Virus record (IMG/VR): IMGVR_UViG_3300045988_091463
Span: 1-42,449 of that record
Source: a virus
DNA: 42,449 bases
Reading direction: 5' to 3' (one strand)
Below the pieces are notes generated by a model that was not told the DNA's origin, did not search any database, and saw only the letters and a program-made list of their open reading frames with translations. Position numbers and translations under genes: made by a program. Shown one piece after another: positions 32,402-41,130 of the stretch (positions are counted from its first letter, which is position 1; the number at the start of each line of letters is the position of its first letter).

Positions 32402-33734
32402 AGACTACCAAGAAGAGCTCGTCAATGGTGTCAAGCAATCGATGCTTGACGGTAATCATTCGATTATCGTCCAAAGCCCGCCACGGTCTGGGAAAACAGT
32501 CGTAATGGCGCATATCGCCAAAGGGGCGACTGATAAAAATAATAAAGTATTATTCTTCAGCCACCGAAAAGAAATTAATGAACAGGTTTATAAGACGTTC
32601 GAAAATAACGAAGTAAACATGAATTTAGTAACCATTGGCGGTGTTCAATCGCTAGTTAGAAAACTAGATAAGCTTGATGAACCGACAATCATATTGATTG
32701 ACGAAGCTCATCATAGTAAAGCAACTAGTTACAAGAAAATTATTGATTACTTTCCAAACGCTTATAAGTTACTTTTTACTGGTACACCAATTCGTTTAGA
32801 TGGTTCGGGTTTTGATGATATTGCGGAAGATATTATTTTAGGTAAATCTGTCAAGTGGTTACAAGAGCACGGAAGAATCGCACCATTTAAGTATTATGCA
32901 CCACTCATGATTGACATTGCTAGTCTTAAAAAACGAGCCGGAGAATTTACGAAGCAATCAGTAGATGAAACCATGAAAACAGTCATTTATGGTGATGTTA
33001 TCAAGCATTATGAAAAGTTAGCTAAAGGGAAACAAGCTATTGTTTACACGCATAGCGTAGAAGCTTCTGAGAACGTCTCTAAAGTGTTTAATAAAGCTGG
33101 CTATAATTCTATGGCGGTTAGCGGTAAAACGCCAAAAGAAGAACGTGAGACGGCAATGCGAGCGTTTAGAAACGGTGATTTAAAAATCATGGTTAACTGT
33201 GAATTATTCACCGAAGGCATTGACTTACCAAACGTTGATGTTTGTATCATGTTAAGACCAACGCAGTCGCTGTCGCTTTACTTACAATTTGCTATGCGAG
33301 CTTTAAATCCTCGTGACGGCAAAACAGCAATCATTATCGACCACGTCGGAAATGTTGAACGTTTTGGTTTACCTAACCAAGACCGTGAATGGTCGTTGCA
33401 AGGCGTGATCAAGAAAAAACAAACCGCAAAGATTGGCGAGCCAACTGTCAGAACGTGCGAGCGGTGTTTTGCGACATTTTGGTCGAAAGAACGCATCTGT
33501 CCCGAATGTGGCCTTGAAAACAAACCAACGGCAAAAGAATTAGAAATCATGCGAGAAGCTGAACTCGCTGAAATCAATGAACAAAAACAGCAAAAAATAA
33601 AAAAACGTGTCGAAACATATACCACAGCAGATATGTGCCGAAACATGGATGAACTTAAGGAATATCGTGACCAGCACGGCTACAAGAATGGCTGGGTTTG
33701 GTACATGGCTAAAAAAATAGGAATTTTGAGGTAA
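32385..33734 (+). CDS. SF2 DEAD/DEAH-box helicase with a C-terminal zinc ribbon
   Basis: Motifs SPPRSGKT (I), DEAH (II) and TGTP (III), plus CERC..CPEC. Confidence 0.88.
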   Translation: MSLKLRDYQEELVNGVKQSMLDGNHSIIVQSPPRSGKTVVMAHIAKGATDKNNKVLFFSHRKEINEQVYKTFENNEVNMNLVTIGGVQSLVRKLDKLDEPTIILIDEAHHSKATSYKKIIDYFPNAYKLLFTGTPIRLDGSGFDDIAEDIILGKSVKWLQEHGRIAPFKYYAPLMIDIASLKKRAGEFTKQSVDETMKTVIYGDVIKHYEKLAKGKQAIVYTHSVEASENVSKVFNKAGYNSMAVSGKTPKEERETAMRAFRNGDLKIMVNCELFTEGIDLPNVDVCIMLRPTQSLSLYLQFAMRALNPRDGKTAIIIDHVGNVERFGLPNQDREWSLQGVIKKKQTAKIGEPTVRTCERCFATFWSKERICPECGLENKPTAKELEIMREAELAEINEQKQQKIKKRVETYTTADMCRNMDELKEYRDQHGYKNGWVWYMAKKIGILR

Positions 33735-33740
33735 AAAAAC

Positions 33741-34205
33741 ATGTCAGTATTTGAAATTGATTACTCTAAAGCACAAGAATTTGCAAAAGTAACAGACGGA
33801 ACATACGAGATTTTAATTGACAAAGCTGTTCAAAACGCCAGTCAAGGCGGGACAGATTTCTTAGATATCCAATTTAAAATCCGTGAAGATTTCAACCAGC
33901 CTTTTAAAAACAATCGTATTTTTCACAAAATCTGGATCAATAAAGAAACTAAGAAATACCCAGTCGGACAAGTAATGAATCTCGCTAAGCAATCTGGTAT
34001 TCCAGATGGAACTAAGTTCAACAGTCTTGATGACTATTTAAATATGTTGGTTGGTAAACCGCTTAAAGTAACTGTCAAAAACGAAACATCTGAATACAAC
34101 GGTAAAACATACGAGAATTTGAATGTTAAGCGTATCGAGAAATCAGAACTTTCAGGTATGCAAGCACCAGTTAACGATTTTGACGAATCAAGTCTGCCAT
34201 TTTGA
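33741..34205 (+). CDS. DUF669-family protein (ssDNA-binding-like accessory of Sak4 modules)
   Basis: 154 aa. N-terminus ..GTYEILIDKA.. and the gene context fit DUF669. Confidence 0.7.
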   Translation: MSVFEIDYSKAQEFAKVTDGTYEILIDKAVQNASQGGTDFLDIQFKIREDFNQPFKNNRIFHKIWINKETKKYPVGQVMNLAKQSGIPDGTKFNSLDDYLNMLVGKPLKVTVKNETSEYNGKTYENLNVKRIEKSELSGMQAPVNDFDESSLPF

Positions 34206-34221
34206 TTGCACGAGGTTTTAT

Positions 34222-34776
34222 ATGAAAATATTTAAAGAAATACCAGGTTACGAAGGCTTATATGAAGCGTGTTCAGACGGGTCTATCTGGACTTGTGAAG
34301 GGAAAACCACTTACAGAATCTTAAATGGTAATAAGCAAAAGCGTGTTTGGAAACGTCGCAAAATGAAACCTAAATACGAAAAACGTTGTCGCAGTATTCA
34401 TTGTGACGCAAGAGTTGAGCTTTGGAAAGATGGAAAACATGAGACAAAATTAGTTTCGAGGTTAGTTGCTTCAGCTTTTGTTGACAATCCTGAAAATAAA
34501 CCGGAAGTGAACCACATTGATGGTAACCCCTTAAATAATTCAATTAAAAATCTAGAATGGGTTACCCGTTCAGAAAACATTAAACACGCAATAGTGAATG
34601 ATTTAAATAGTCAACATCGTAAAATTCAATTAATTAACAAATCAAACAGGGAAGCCCATAATTTCACAAGTTTATCACAAGCAAGCTTGTTTCTTGGTTT
34701 TAACAAAGGTTATGTGAGTAATAGATTGAACCAAAACAAAAGCATCCCTGGTTTCGACTACACTATAATAGGTTAA
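34222..34776 (+). CDS. Free-standing HNH homing endonuclease (NUMOD4 / HNH_3 type)
   Basis: N-terminal WKEIPGYEGLYE-like motif (FKEIPGYEGLYEACSDGSIW) and NHIDGNPLNNSIKNLEWVTRSEN. Confidence 0.85.
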   Translation: MKIFKEIPGYEGLYEACSDGSIWTCEGKTTYRILNGNKQKRVWKRRKMKPKYEKRCRSIHCDARVELWKDGKHETKLVSRLVASAFVDNPENKPEVNHIDGNPLNNSIKNLEWVTRSENIKHAIVNDLNSQHRKIQLINKSNREAHNFTSLSQASLFLGFNKGYVSNRLNQNKSIPGFDYTIIG

Positions 34777-34778
34777 TT

Positions 34779-35588
34779 ATGCAAATGGTGGATTATGCGC
34801 TTCACTATCAGCGTAATGGATTTTCAGTCATTCCTATCTCACCAGATAGTAAGAAACCGCTTGTAAGTTTTGCGGATAAGCCACCAGCCGACGAAATTAC
34901 AATTAGGCGTTGGTGGCGAGATTATCCAGACGCTAACATTGCTGTTAGGACAGACACATTCTTCGTCATTGATGTAGATATGCACGGTGATGTTAACGGA
35001 TTAGAGAGTTTAAGGCACTGGGAGCACGCAAGGTTGATACCTAAAACCTTGCAGGCAACCACGCCTAGCGGTGGACGTCACATATTCTTAAAAAAACGTG
35101 ATGATATTAGTATTTCTCAAAATATTGGTTTTATTGAGGGTGTGGATTTAAAAGCACATGTTAACAATTATGTGTTAGTCGCTCCGTCAAATACCTCTAA
35201 TGGGCAATACAAGTGGGATATGGTTCACTCGCCAGAAAACGGTGAAATGGCTGAAGCTCCTTACGAGTTAGTGAAAGTTTTGAAAGATTTAAAACCTGAT
35301 ATGCCGTCGTATGACTTTTCGAGTTTTGCGGATAATGGCTATCAAGGAAGTAACAAAACAGCTAAATTGTTCGAACAAATCGTCTTTGGTTTTGGTGATA
35401 ATGGTGGACGTAATAATGCGCTTGCTGAATTTGTCGGTGGTCTGCTATTAAGAAATGTTGATATACAAGCCACTTATGAATTAGCGAGAATGGCAAACCA
35501 CAACACAGCAGACCCGTTGCCAGAAAGTGAATTTGAACGAACATTTAAGAGTATGTTAGATAAGGAGGTGAGAAGGCGTGGTAATTGA
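34779..35588 (+). CDS. Bifunctional primase-polymerase (PrimPol) N-terminal domain protein
   Basis: Motifs GFSVIPISPDSKKP, VIDVDMHG and GGRHIF are typical of Prim-Pol. Confidence 0.82.
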   Translation: MQMVDYALHYQRNGFSVIPISPDSKKPLVSFADKPPADEITIRRWWRDYPDANIAVRTDTFFVIDVDMHGDVNGLESLRHWEHARLIPKTLQATTPSGGRHIFLKKRDDISISQNIGFIEGVDLKAHVNNYVLVAPSNTSNGQYKWDMVHSPENGEMAEAPYELVKVLKDLKPDMPSYDFSSFADNGYQGSNKTAKLFEQIVFGFGDNGGRNNALAEFVGGLLLRNVDIQATYELARMANHNTADPLPESEFERTFKSMLDKEVRRRGN

Positions 35589-37098
35589 TTTTGACTACTA
35601 CCGCGAGAAATTTAAAGAAGTTGAAAGTGACGGTTTTAAACCGAGCAAACCAACGAGTTGGAAAGCGTTAAAAAATAAATGTATTGCTTATCGTAACGAG
35701 TGGTTGGAAAACGCCAACGCTCCAGAAACCGATAGCGATAAATGGAAAATCAAAAACCTAAGCGAGTTAGCAGTCGCGCAGGGAATTGATAAACTTTGTC
35801 ACGTCGTTACGTTGCCAAACGGTCGAGTAGCTATCTACGACCCCGATAAGGGTTACTACCACAAAGACCCTAAATTCGCTTACAAAATTATTCACCTCTT
35901 ACAACCAACATTCAATGAAACTAGATGTCGTAACGTGCTATTTATGTTAGCAAATATCGACCGTGAGCATGAATATCAATCTATGTACTGCGATTTTGAA
36001 CCAGAATACAGAGACGTCAGACGGTTCATTCTTGTTAAAAACGGCATTTACGACAGACAAAAACGCAAATTGCTACCATTTGATTATAAATTTATTAATT
36101 TCAGCACCATTGAAACCAAGATAGTTCCAGACGCCCCGCTCCCCGCCTTTGACGGTTGGGACGTGGAGTCATGGCTCTTGGATTTAATGAGTGGCGATGA
36201 AGATCTTGTAAATTTATTGTGGCAAGTGATTTCAGCGTCATTAAACGGCAATTATAGCTATCGAAAATCTATTTGGTTGGTCGGTAACGGTAACGATGGT
36301 AAAGGGACCTACCAACAGTTAATTACTAATCTAATCGGGAGCAGTAACATTGCACCTTTAAAATTAAACCAATTTGCAGAGCGATTTGGTTTAGCGATTA
36401 TCGAAGGTAAAACAGTGATTATCGGCGATGATGTTCAAGCAGGTATTTACGTTGATGAATCGTCAAACTTTAACAGCGTGGTGACTGGTGAACCAGTTTC
36501 TGTTGAAAAGAAAGGTGAAAATCCTTATATGGCTGTATTCAAGAAAACAGTCATTCAATCAACGAATGGCATGCCGTCTTTCAAAAATAAATCAAACGGT
36601 ACATACAGACGTATTATCATCATTCCATTCTTGAAGACGTTTAGTGCTAAAGATGATAATTGGTCGATTAAAGATGATTATATTAAACGCCCAGAAGTAC
36701 TTGAATATGTTCTTTGGAAAGCCATTAATCTTAATTTTGATAGATTTAGCGAACCAAAAGCAACTGAAGAACAAATGAAAGTATTCAAAAAAGACAATAA
36801 CACTGTTCTCGCTTTTGTTGAAGAATGGTTTGATAATTTCGAATCTACAGCACTGCCCACACGTTTCTTGTGGTGGCTATATAAAGAATGGTGCAAAGAA
36901 AACGGCTATACAGCCTTAAAGAAAACAACGTTTGAAAAAGAGTTAGCTAGTAATATTTCTGATGATTGGATTTTAAAAAGTTCTCGGGTAAAAGGCAAAT
37001 TCTTCCCAGACGAAGATGCACCGACTTATTACAATACTTTCCCTTGGAACAACGACAAAGACCCTCAAAAAGTTTTCAAATGTTACTGCAAAGAGTGA
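35578..37098 (+). CDS. P4/D5-family primase-helicase (NTPase) protein
   Basis: Walker A-like GNGNDGKGT and a D5_N / Primase-C-type layout. The GTG start follows AAGGAGGTGAG. Confidence 0.82.
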   Translation: MVIDFDYYREKFKEVESDGFKPSKPTSWKALKNKCIAYRNEWLENANAPETDSDKWKIKNLSELAVAQGIDKLCHVVTLPNGRVAIYDPDKGYYHKDPKFAYKIIHLLQPTFNETRCRNVLFMLANIDREHEYQSMYCDFEPEYRDVRRFILVKNGIYDRQKRKLLPFDYKFINFSTIETKIVPDAPLPAFDGWDVESWLLDLMSGDEDLVNLLWQVISASLNGNYSYRKSIWLVGNGNDGKGTYQQLITNLIGSSNIAPLKLNQFAERFGLAIIEGKTVIIGDDVQAGIYVDESSNFNSVVTGEPVSVEKKGENPYMAVFKKTVIQSTNGMPSFKNKSNGTYRRIIIIPFLKTFSAKDDNWSIKDDYIKRPEVLEYVLWKAINLNFDRFSEPKATEEQMKVFKKDNNTVLAFVEEWFDNFESTALPTRFLWWLYKEWCKENGYTALKKTTFEKELASNISDDWILKSSRVKGKFFPDEDAPTYYNTFPWNNDKDPQKVFKCYCKE

Positions 37099-37349
37099 TG
37101 TTACCGGCCTGTTACCTGTACCAGTAACAACGAAACCCCTTGGGGCATAAGGGTTTTTACTATTCTTGTTACTTGTAACCTTTATTTTCTAATATTAATA
37201 AAAAATAAAGTAAATAAATATATATAGAGAGAAAAGCGAAAAATGCCGAAACAAGTAACGGTAAACGCTCAAACCCTTGTATATCAAGGTGTTTGGCTGT
37301 TACTTGTTGATGTAACTGCATTAGTAACAAAAGCTTAGAAAGGTGGTTT
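37099..37349. repeat. Putative replication origin: about 10 TGTTAC/GTAACA iterons flanking an AT-rich core
   Basis: TGTTAC at 37099, 37110, 37167 and 37298. GTAAC(A) at 37124, 37175, 37255, 37312 and 37324. AT-rich core at 37181-37245. Confidence 0.5.
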
Positions 37350-37667
37350 ATGACAACAGAATCATTAATTCAAAGTAAAATCCGCGTGGCTTTATCACAA
37401 GCAGGACACAGAGTGTTTCGGGCGAATGTTGGTAAAGTCAGAATGGCGGACGGGCGTTTCTTTGACACTGGTTTGCCAAAAGGTTTTTCAGATTTGTTTG
37501 GTTTTCGAAAGGATGGGCAAATATTTTTCATCGAAGTAAAAAACGAAACAGGTCGTGTGAGACCTGAACAGAAACAATTTTTGGAAACAATGAGAAGCTT
37601 TGGAGCGTTAGTGGGAGTGGCTAGAAGTCCAGAAGAAGCATTGAGGATAGTGAGAGATGAGAAGTAA
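37350..37667 (+). CDS. VRR-NUC domain nuclease
   Basis: The segment GFSDLFGFRKDGQIFFIEVKNETGRVRPEQKQF matches the D..(D/E)xK VRR-NUC core. Confidence 0.82.
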   Translation: MTTESLIQSKIRVALSQAGHRVFRANVGKVRMADGRFFDTGLPKGFSDLFGFRKDGQIFFIEVKNETGRVRPEQKQFLETMRSFGALVGVARSPEEALRIVRDEK

Positions 37668-37905
37668 GTATATGAATAATTTAGCAACTAAACATTGTGT
37701 GATTTGGTACGAACATCATGAGGAAACGCCGTTGGACGTGCTAGAGGATTTCGTTAATTGGACTAAGACCAGACATTTGAGAAGTTACATTAAAATTGCA
37801 GAGATGCTGCATGTCACAAGAAATGAAGCAAAGAGGTTATTGGATTTAGCGGCATTGCCAGACGATGTGACTATTAAACGGATGAAGAAATTGATGGAGG
37901 GATAA
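37657..37905 (+). CDS. Hypothetical protein (77-82 aa)
   Basis: ORF track entry. An alternative ATG lies at 37672. Confidence 0.55.
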   Translation: MRSKYMNNLATKHCVIWYEHHEETPLDVLEDFVNWTKTRHLRSYIKIAEMLHVTRNEAKRLLDLAALPDDVTIKRMKKLMEG

Positions 37906-37908
37906 GAG

Positions 37909-38229
37909 ATGAAAGGAATTAAATTAGTAGACGTAGATTTATCTGAAGCGCGCACTGAAACAATTGGGACATGTGAATTGTGCTTCGGTTCAAGGTTTTG
38001 CAACAATCCTGTCTTGGTTTTTGAAAATCCATATGGTGATCGTGTGAAAATTGATGGCTACTTTTGGAGTTGGGGTGATTATCTTGAGCTTGAGATTGAC
38101 AACTATTTAAATTTCTCTGATTGGCTGTCAAAACAAGATGTTGATTGGAATATGTTGAATGAGGATGGTTATGAGTACTTAGCAGATTTAGTTTATTGGT
38201 ATAGAGAGGAAGAGGTGGAAGATGAATAA
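37909..38229 (+). CDS. Hypothetical protein (106 aa)
   Basis: GGAGGG RBS, tight packing. Confidence 0.6.
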   Translation: MKGIKLVDVDLSEARTETIGTCELCFGSRFCNNPVLVFENPYGDRVKIDGYFWSWGDYLELEIDNYLNFSDWLSKQDVDWNMLNEDGYEYLADLVYWYREEEVEDE

Positions 38230-38767
38230 ACAAGAAGCGATTGAAAAAATCAAAAGAAGAACTGAGTATTTCAAAGTTGAAAAAGAATACAATAGAGGTT
38301 TTCGAGATGGTTTAAACAATTCAATACCGGTTATTAGAGAAATTGATGCGCCAGAAAGACCTGTGGTTCCGCAATATGTGGCTGATTGGATAGAGTGGTG
38401 CAAAAGAAACAGTGTAACTTTGCTTGGAGGAATTAGGTCAATAGATGAATTTGGTTTAGCTATCTGCAATGATAAGAAAGTGAAATCATTGGATGCTTCT
38501 AAATGGGCAACACAAAACCAAGAAACATTTGCGAAAGCGTGGCTTTTCGGCTATGAGGTTGAGAAAGAGAAATTGTACAGAGTAGAACTACCGAATCCGA
38601 ATGGCGAAAGCAATAGATACGGCTTGTGCAAAGTAGACGGTAGGATTATGATTGGGACTTTCATATTTGGTCTAAATAATGCAATCAACACAAAACTAAC
38701 TGAAGCTGAAATAAAGCAAGATTTTGATTGGGCGTGGCAGTTTGCGAAAGAGGTGGAAAATGACTAA
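38222..38767 (+). CDS. DUF1642-like phage protein (181 aa)
   Basis: The segment PVVPQYVADWIEWCK is reminiscent of DUF1642 proteins of Lactobacillales phages. Confidence 0.55.
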   Translation: MNKQEAIEKIKRRTEYFKVEKEYNRGFRDGLNNSIPVIREIDAPERPVVPQYVADWIEWCKRNSVTLLGGIRSIDEFGLAICNDKKVKSLDASKWATQNQETFAKAWLFGYEVEKEKLYRVELPNPNGESNRYGLCKVDGRIMIGTFIFGLNNAINTKLTEAEIKQDFDWAWQFAKEVEND

Positions 38768-39107
38768 TTTATGGGAAGAAACATTAAGAGAGTTAGCGAC
38801 TTACGGAAAAACATTTAAAGATGTCAAATATGTTCAAGGCTCAAATTTTGGAATTACAAAAGAAAATTTTGAAAAAGTCGCCAAGAAATCTGACTATGAT
38901 TCAGGTTTTGGAGCTCCTGAAGTAGCCGAAGATTTAGTTATCGCTGGTGATGATTGGTGGTTTGAACGTCACGAATATGACGGTAGTGAGTGGTGGGAGT
39001 ACAAAGAAAAACCAAAGCGAATTAGCGAAATAAAAAAAGTTAGCCATCTTGCTGGCGGAAGGTGGGACAAACTAGCTGAACTAAATGAAACAGAGGTGGA
39101 AGAATGA
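38760..39107 (+). CDS. Hypothetical protein (115 aa)
   Basis: The ATG follows GAGGTGG. The upstream extension in the track lacks an RBS. Confidence 0.6.
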   Translation: MTNLWEETLRELATYGKTFKDVKYVQGSNFGITKENFEKVAKKSDYDSGFGAPEVAEDLVIAGDDWWFERHEYDGSEWWEYKEKPKRISEIKKVSHLAGGRWDKLAELNETEVEE

Positions 39108-39241
39108 TATTTGTGACTTGGATCCTGCTGGGATTCCCAATGTTTGTAGTGTACGATGAAAAAGAGCGAGCGAGATTAGTGGCGTGCGGGTTGCTTTATC
39201 ACATTATCGATGTATTTCTTAAGAATAGAGGAGACAATTAA
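39104..39241 (+). CDS. Small membrane protein (45 aa)
   Basis: ATGA overlap. Translation MIFVTWILLGFPMFVVY... Confidence 0.45.
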   Translation: MIFVTWILLGFPMFVVYDEKERARLVACGLLYHIIDVFLKNRGDN

Positions 39242-39625
39242 ATGACACCAAAATTTAGAGTGTGGCTCAAAGAAGAGAAACGAATGACAGATGTCCATGA
39301 AATGTCATTTATTGATGGTGAAGTTTACCTTATTTCAGATGTTACAGGCTTCTACGCTTATGAAGAATTTAAGCTAATGCAGTCAACAGGAAATAAAGAT
39401 AAAAACGGCAAGGAAATCTTCGAAGGGGATATTATTAAGTTCTTTGACTGTGATGGTGATGGTTATACAGTTCCTGTGGTGTGGGATAATGACTATGCTT
39501 GTTTTAGTGTAGACTGGGGAAGTAATATGTTAACATCTTTTGATTATTTAGAGGAGTTTTACACAGACCTTAAAGATATTGAGGTCATTGGAAACATTTA
39601 TGAGAACTTATCTTTGATTTGTTAG
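39242..39625 (+). CDS. YopX-family protein
   Basis: Motifs KFRVW...DKNGKEIFEGDII are typical of YopX. Confidence 0.78.
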   Translation: MTPKFRVWLKEEKRMTDVHEMSFIDGEVYLISDVTGFYAYEEFKLMQSTGNKDKNGKEIFEGDIIKFFDCDGDGYTVPVVWDNDYACFSVDWGSNMLTSFDYLEEFYTDLKDIEVIGNIYENLSLIC

Positions 39626-39634
39626 GAGAATGAT

Positions 39635-39799
39635 ATGGAAACATTACAAGAACAATTATTAGAACCACAGCTAGACATTGGCAAAGCAGTTCTTGAAAGT
39701 ATGATTGAAATGTATTTTAGAGATGGTGCTATGAAAGGCGTTGTTATCCCAGCAACTTTTCAGGATAAAGAATTTGAAATTGAGGTAAGAATGAAATGA
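39635..39799 (+). CDS. Small ORF (54 aa)
   Basis: TAGGAGAATG RBS region. Below the track cutoff. Fills the gap. Confidence 0.5.
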   Translation: METLQEQLLEPQLDIGKAVLESMIEMYFRDGAMKGVVIPATFQDKEFEIEVRMK

Positions 39800-39936
39800 G
39801 TAAAGTTACAGTTTACAAAATAACTAAAGGAGACCATAACTATCTGATTGCTGATCCTAATGTTATGAGAGATGTAATAGTACATTTTCTTGAAGATGAA
39901 AACGTTGATAAAGTTGTGATTAGGAAAGGGGAGTAA
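39796..39936 (+). CDS. Small ORF (46 aa)
   Basis: ATGA overlap with the previous ORF. Confidence 0.45.
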   Translation: MSKVTVYKITKGDHNYLIADPNVMRDVIVHFLEDENVDKVVIRKGE

Positions 39937-40017
39937 ATGAAGTATGCAATCATAATAATCTGTATAGTTAGTGTGGCATTTGGAGCATTACTAGGATATT
40001 TTACAAACAATCGATAA
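39937..40017 (+). CDS. 26-aa hydrophobic peptide (MKYAIIIICIVSVAFGALLGYFTNNR)
   Basis: GGAAAGGGGAG RBS. The ATG abuts the preceding stop codon. Confidence 0.35.
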   Translation: MKYAIIIICIVSVAFGALLGYFTNNR

Positions 40018-40560
40018 CCCACAATGGTATCTAGCAAGGTTCGAATCCTTGCTTGGGTATAAGGCTAGGAAGAAAAATAAAAAAAGAAAGCAGGCCTATG
40101 ACGAGCACTCCCTAGTCGGTGCTCTGAGGACTCTAAATTATTCTAGATACATGGGAAATGGCTCATTACTAAGGTATTCTCTAAAGCCTTAGATTTTCCA
40201 GAAGATTTCGCGGATAGACTATTGGGAACAGTCGTTTTCGCAAAAGGCTGCGTGGGGTTCGACTCCCTGCGCGGTTGTTAAACCAGAAATTAAAAAACGG
40301 AAATAGAGGTGGTTAAAGCACTTCTTCTTACAAAAATTAGTACTGCAGGCAAGGTTTTATCTGGTTTACTTGCTAGCAAACATAGCGAAATAAAATAGAA
40401 ACGAGGTATTCCTTAAGACTATTTTCTTTAAAATCCAACGCAGTTTATCGCTAGGCTGTTATTATGTAAGGCGTCACTTTCGTTATCAATAATTCAATAT
40501 TTGGGTCGTGCGCCTGCCTAAGAAAAAAAGTCCTGCTTACGCAAGACTTCATCAATATTA
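40018..40560 (+). ncRNA. Candidate large structured RNA region containing two tRNA-like T-arm/acceptor minihelices
   Basis: No ORF above about 30 codons on either strand. T-arms CAAGG-TTCGAAT-CCTTG (40035-51) and TGGGG-TTCGACT-CCCTG (40253-69). Several local and long-range helices. Confidence 0.4.
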
Positions 40561-40600
40561 AACAATTACTTATATTATAACATATCGAAGGAGAAAAGAC

Positions 40601-41026
40601 GTGAGCAGGATTAAAACTAAAGCAGATTATATTTTAGAAGAACTTAGATTAATTCCTAAAACGATTAAGCAATTAAAATTAGACATCGAGAACACCAGAA
40701 GCTCACTGTTCACGTCGCCGCAATGGTCTGACATGAAAGTGAGCGGAGGTGTTAGACGTACACAGACAGATAAGAATGTTTCAATCATTGACGCATCTGA
40801 TTACGGGCTGGCAGAGATTGACCGTTTAGTCAAACGGCGTGAAGAAATCATTGACGTCATTATGCAAATACCCGACAGTGCACAGCGTCATGTGCTGCTG
40901 ACTACTTATCTCAATTGTCAAACGTTTGACGAAGCTATTGACAAACTCGAACTTAATCGCAACAAGTATTACACAATTAAAGCAAAAGCTGTAAAAAGCC
41001 TGAACGTTATACTAAATCAATACTAA
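40601..41026 (+). CDS. ArpU/RinA-type late transcriptional activator
   Basis: 141 aa with a GTG start after GAAGGAG. The position just upstream of HNH/terS and the C-terminal sigma-region-4-like segment (..YLNCQTFDEAIDKLELNRNKYYTIKAKAVKSL) fit this family. Confidence 0.75.
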   Translation: MSRIKTKADYILEELRLIPKTIKQLKLDIENTRSSLFTSPQWSDMKVSGGVRRTQTDKNVSIIDASDYGLAEIDRLVKRREEIIDVIMQIPDSAQRHVLLTTYLNCQTFDEAIDKLELNRNKYYTIKAKAVKSLNVILNQY

Positions 41027-41102
41027 AACATACTGAAATAGTACAAAGTAATACTCACAAATACAATCTGCCATGCTAACATAGTAGTATGAAATAATGA
41101 CG

Positions 41103-41130
41103 AGGGGGCTAAAAGGTAGCTCCTTTTGTT
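41103..41130 (+). terminator. Hairpin plus T-tract after the activator gene
   Basis: GGGGCT-AAAAGGT-AGCTCC followed by TTTTGTT. Confidence 0.5.

Noticed and set aside
40017-40276. Two bona fide tRNA genes suggested by the GGTTCGAATCC and GGTTCGACTCC T-loops
   Set aside because: Neither can be folded into a cloverleaf. The first has only 11 nt between the acceptor 5' strand and the T-stem. The second has a 5-bp acceptor, a 3-bp D-like stem and a 9-bp hairpin with a 3-nt loop instead of an anticodon arm. They are reported only as tRNA-like elements.
40309-40398. 29-aa ORF (GTG start, MVKALLLTKISTAGKVLSGLLASKHSEIK) as a small toxin or lytic peptide
   Set aside because: The GTG lies inside the only purine-rich stretch, so there is no properly spaced SD. 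The ORF is too short to distinguish from chance. It is kept only as a note inside the ncRNA candidate.
40250-40400. Permuted (two-piece) tmRNA, given a T-arm followed downstream by a frame starting GCA (ALLLTKISTAGKVLSGLLASKHSEIK)
   Set aside because: No downstream 5' acceptor strand complementary to CGCGGTT was found. There is no CCA and no typical hydrophobic ..LAA-type tag end or double stop. The idea is not supported by the sequence.
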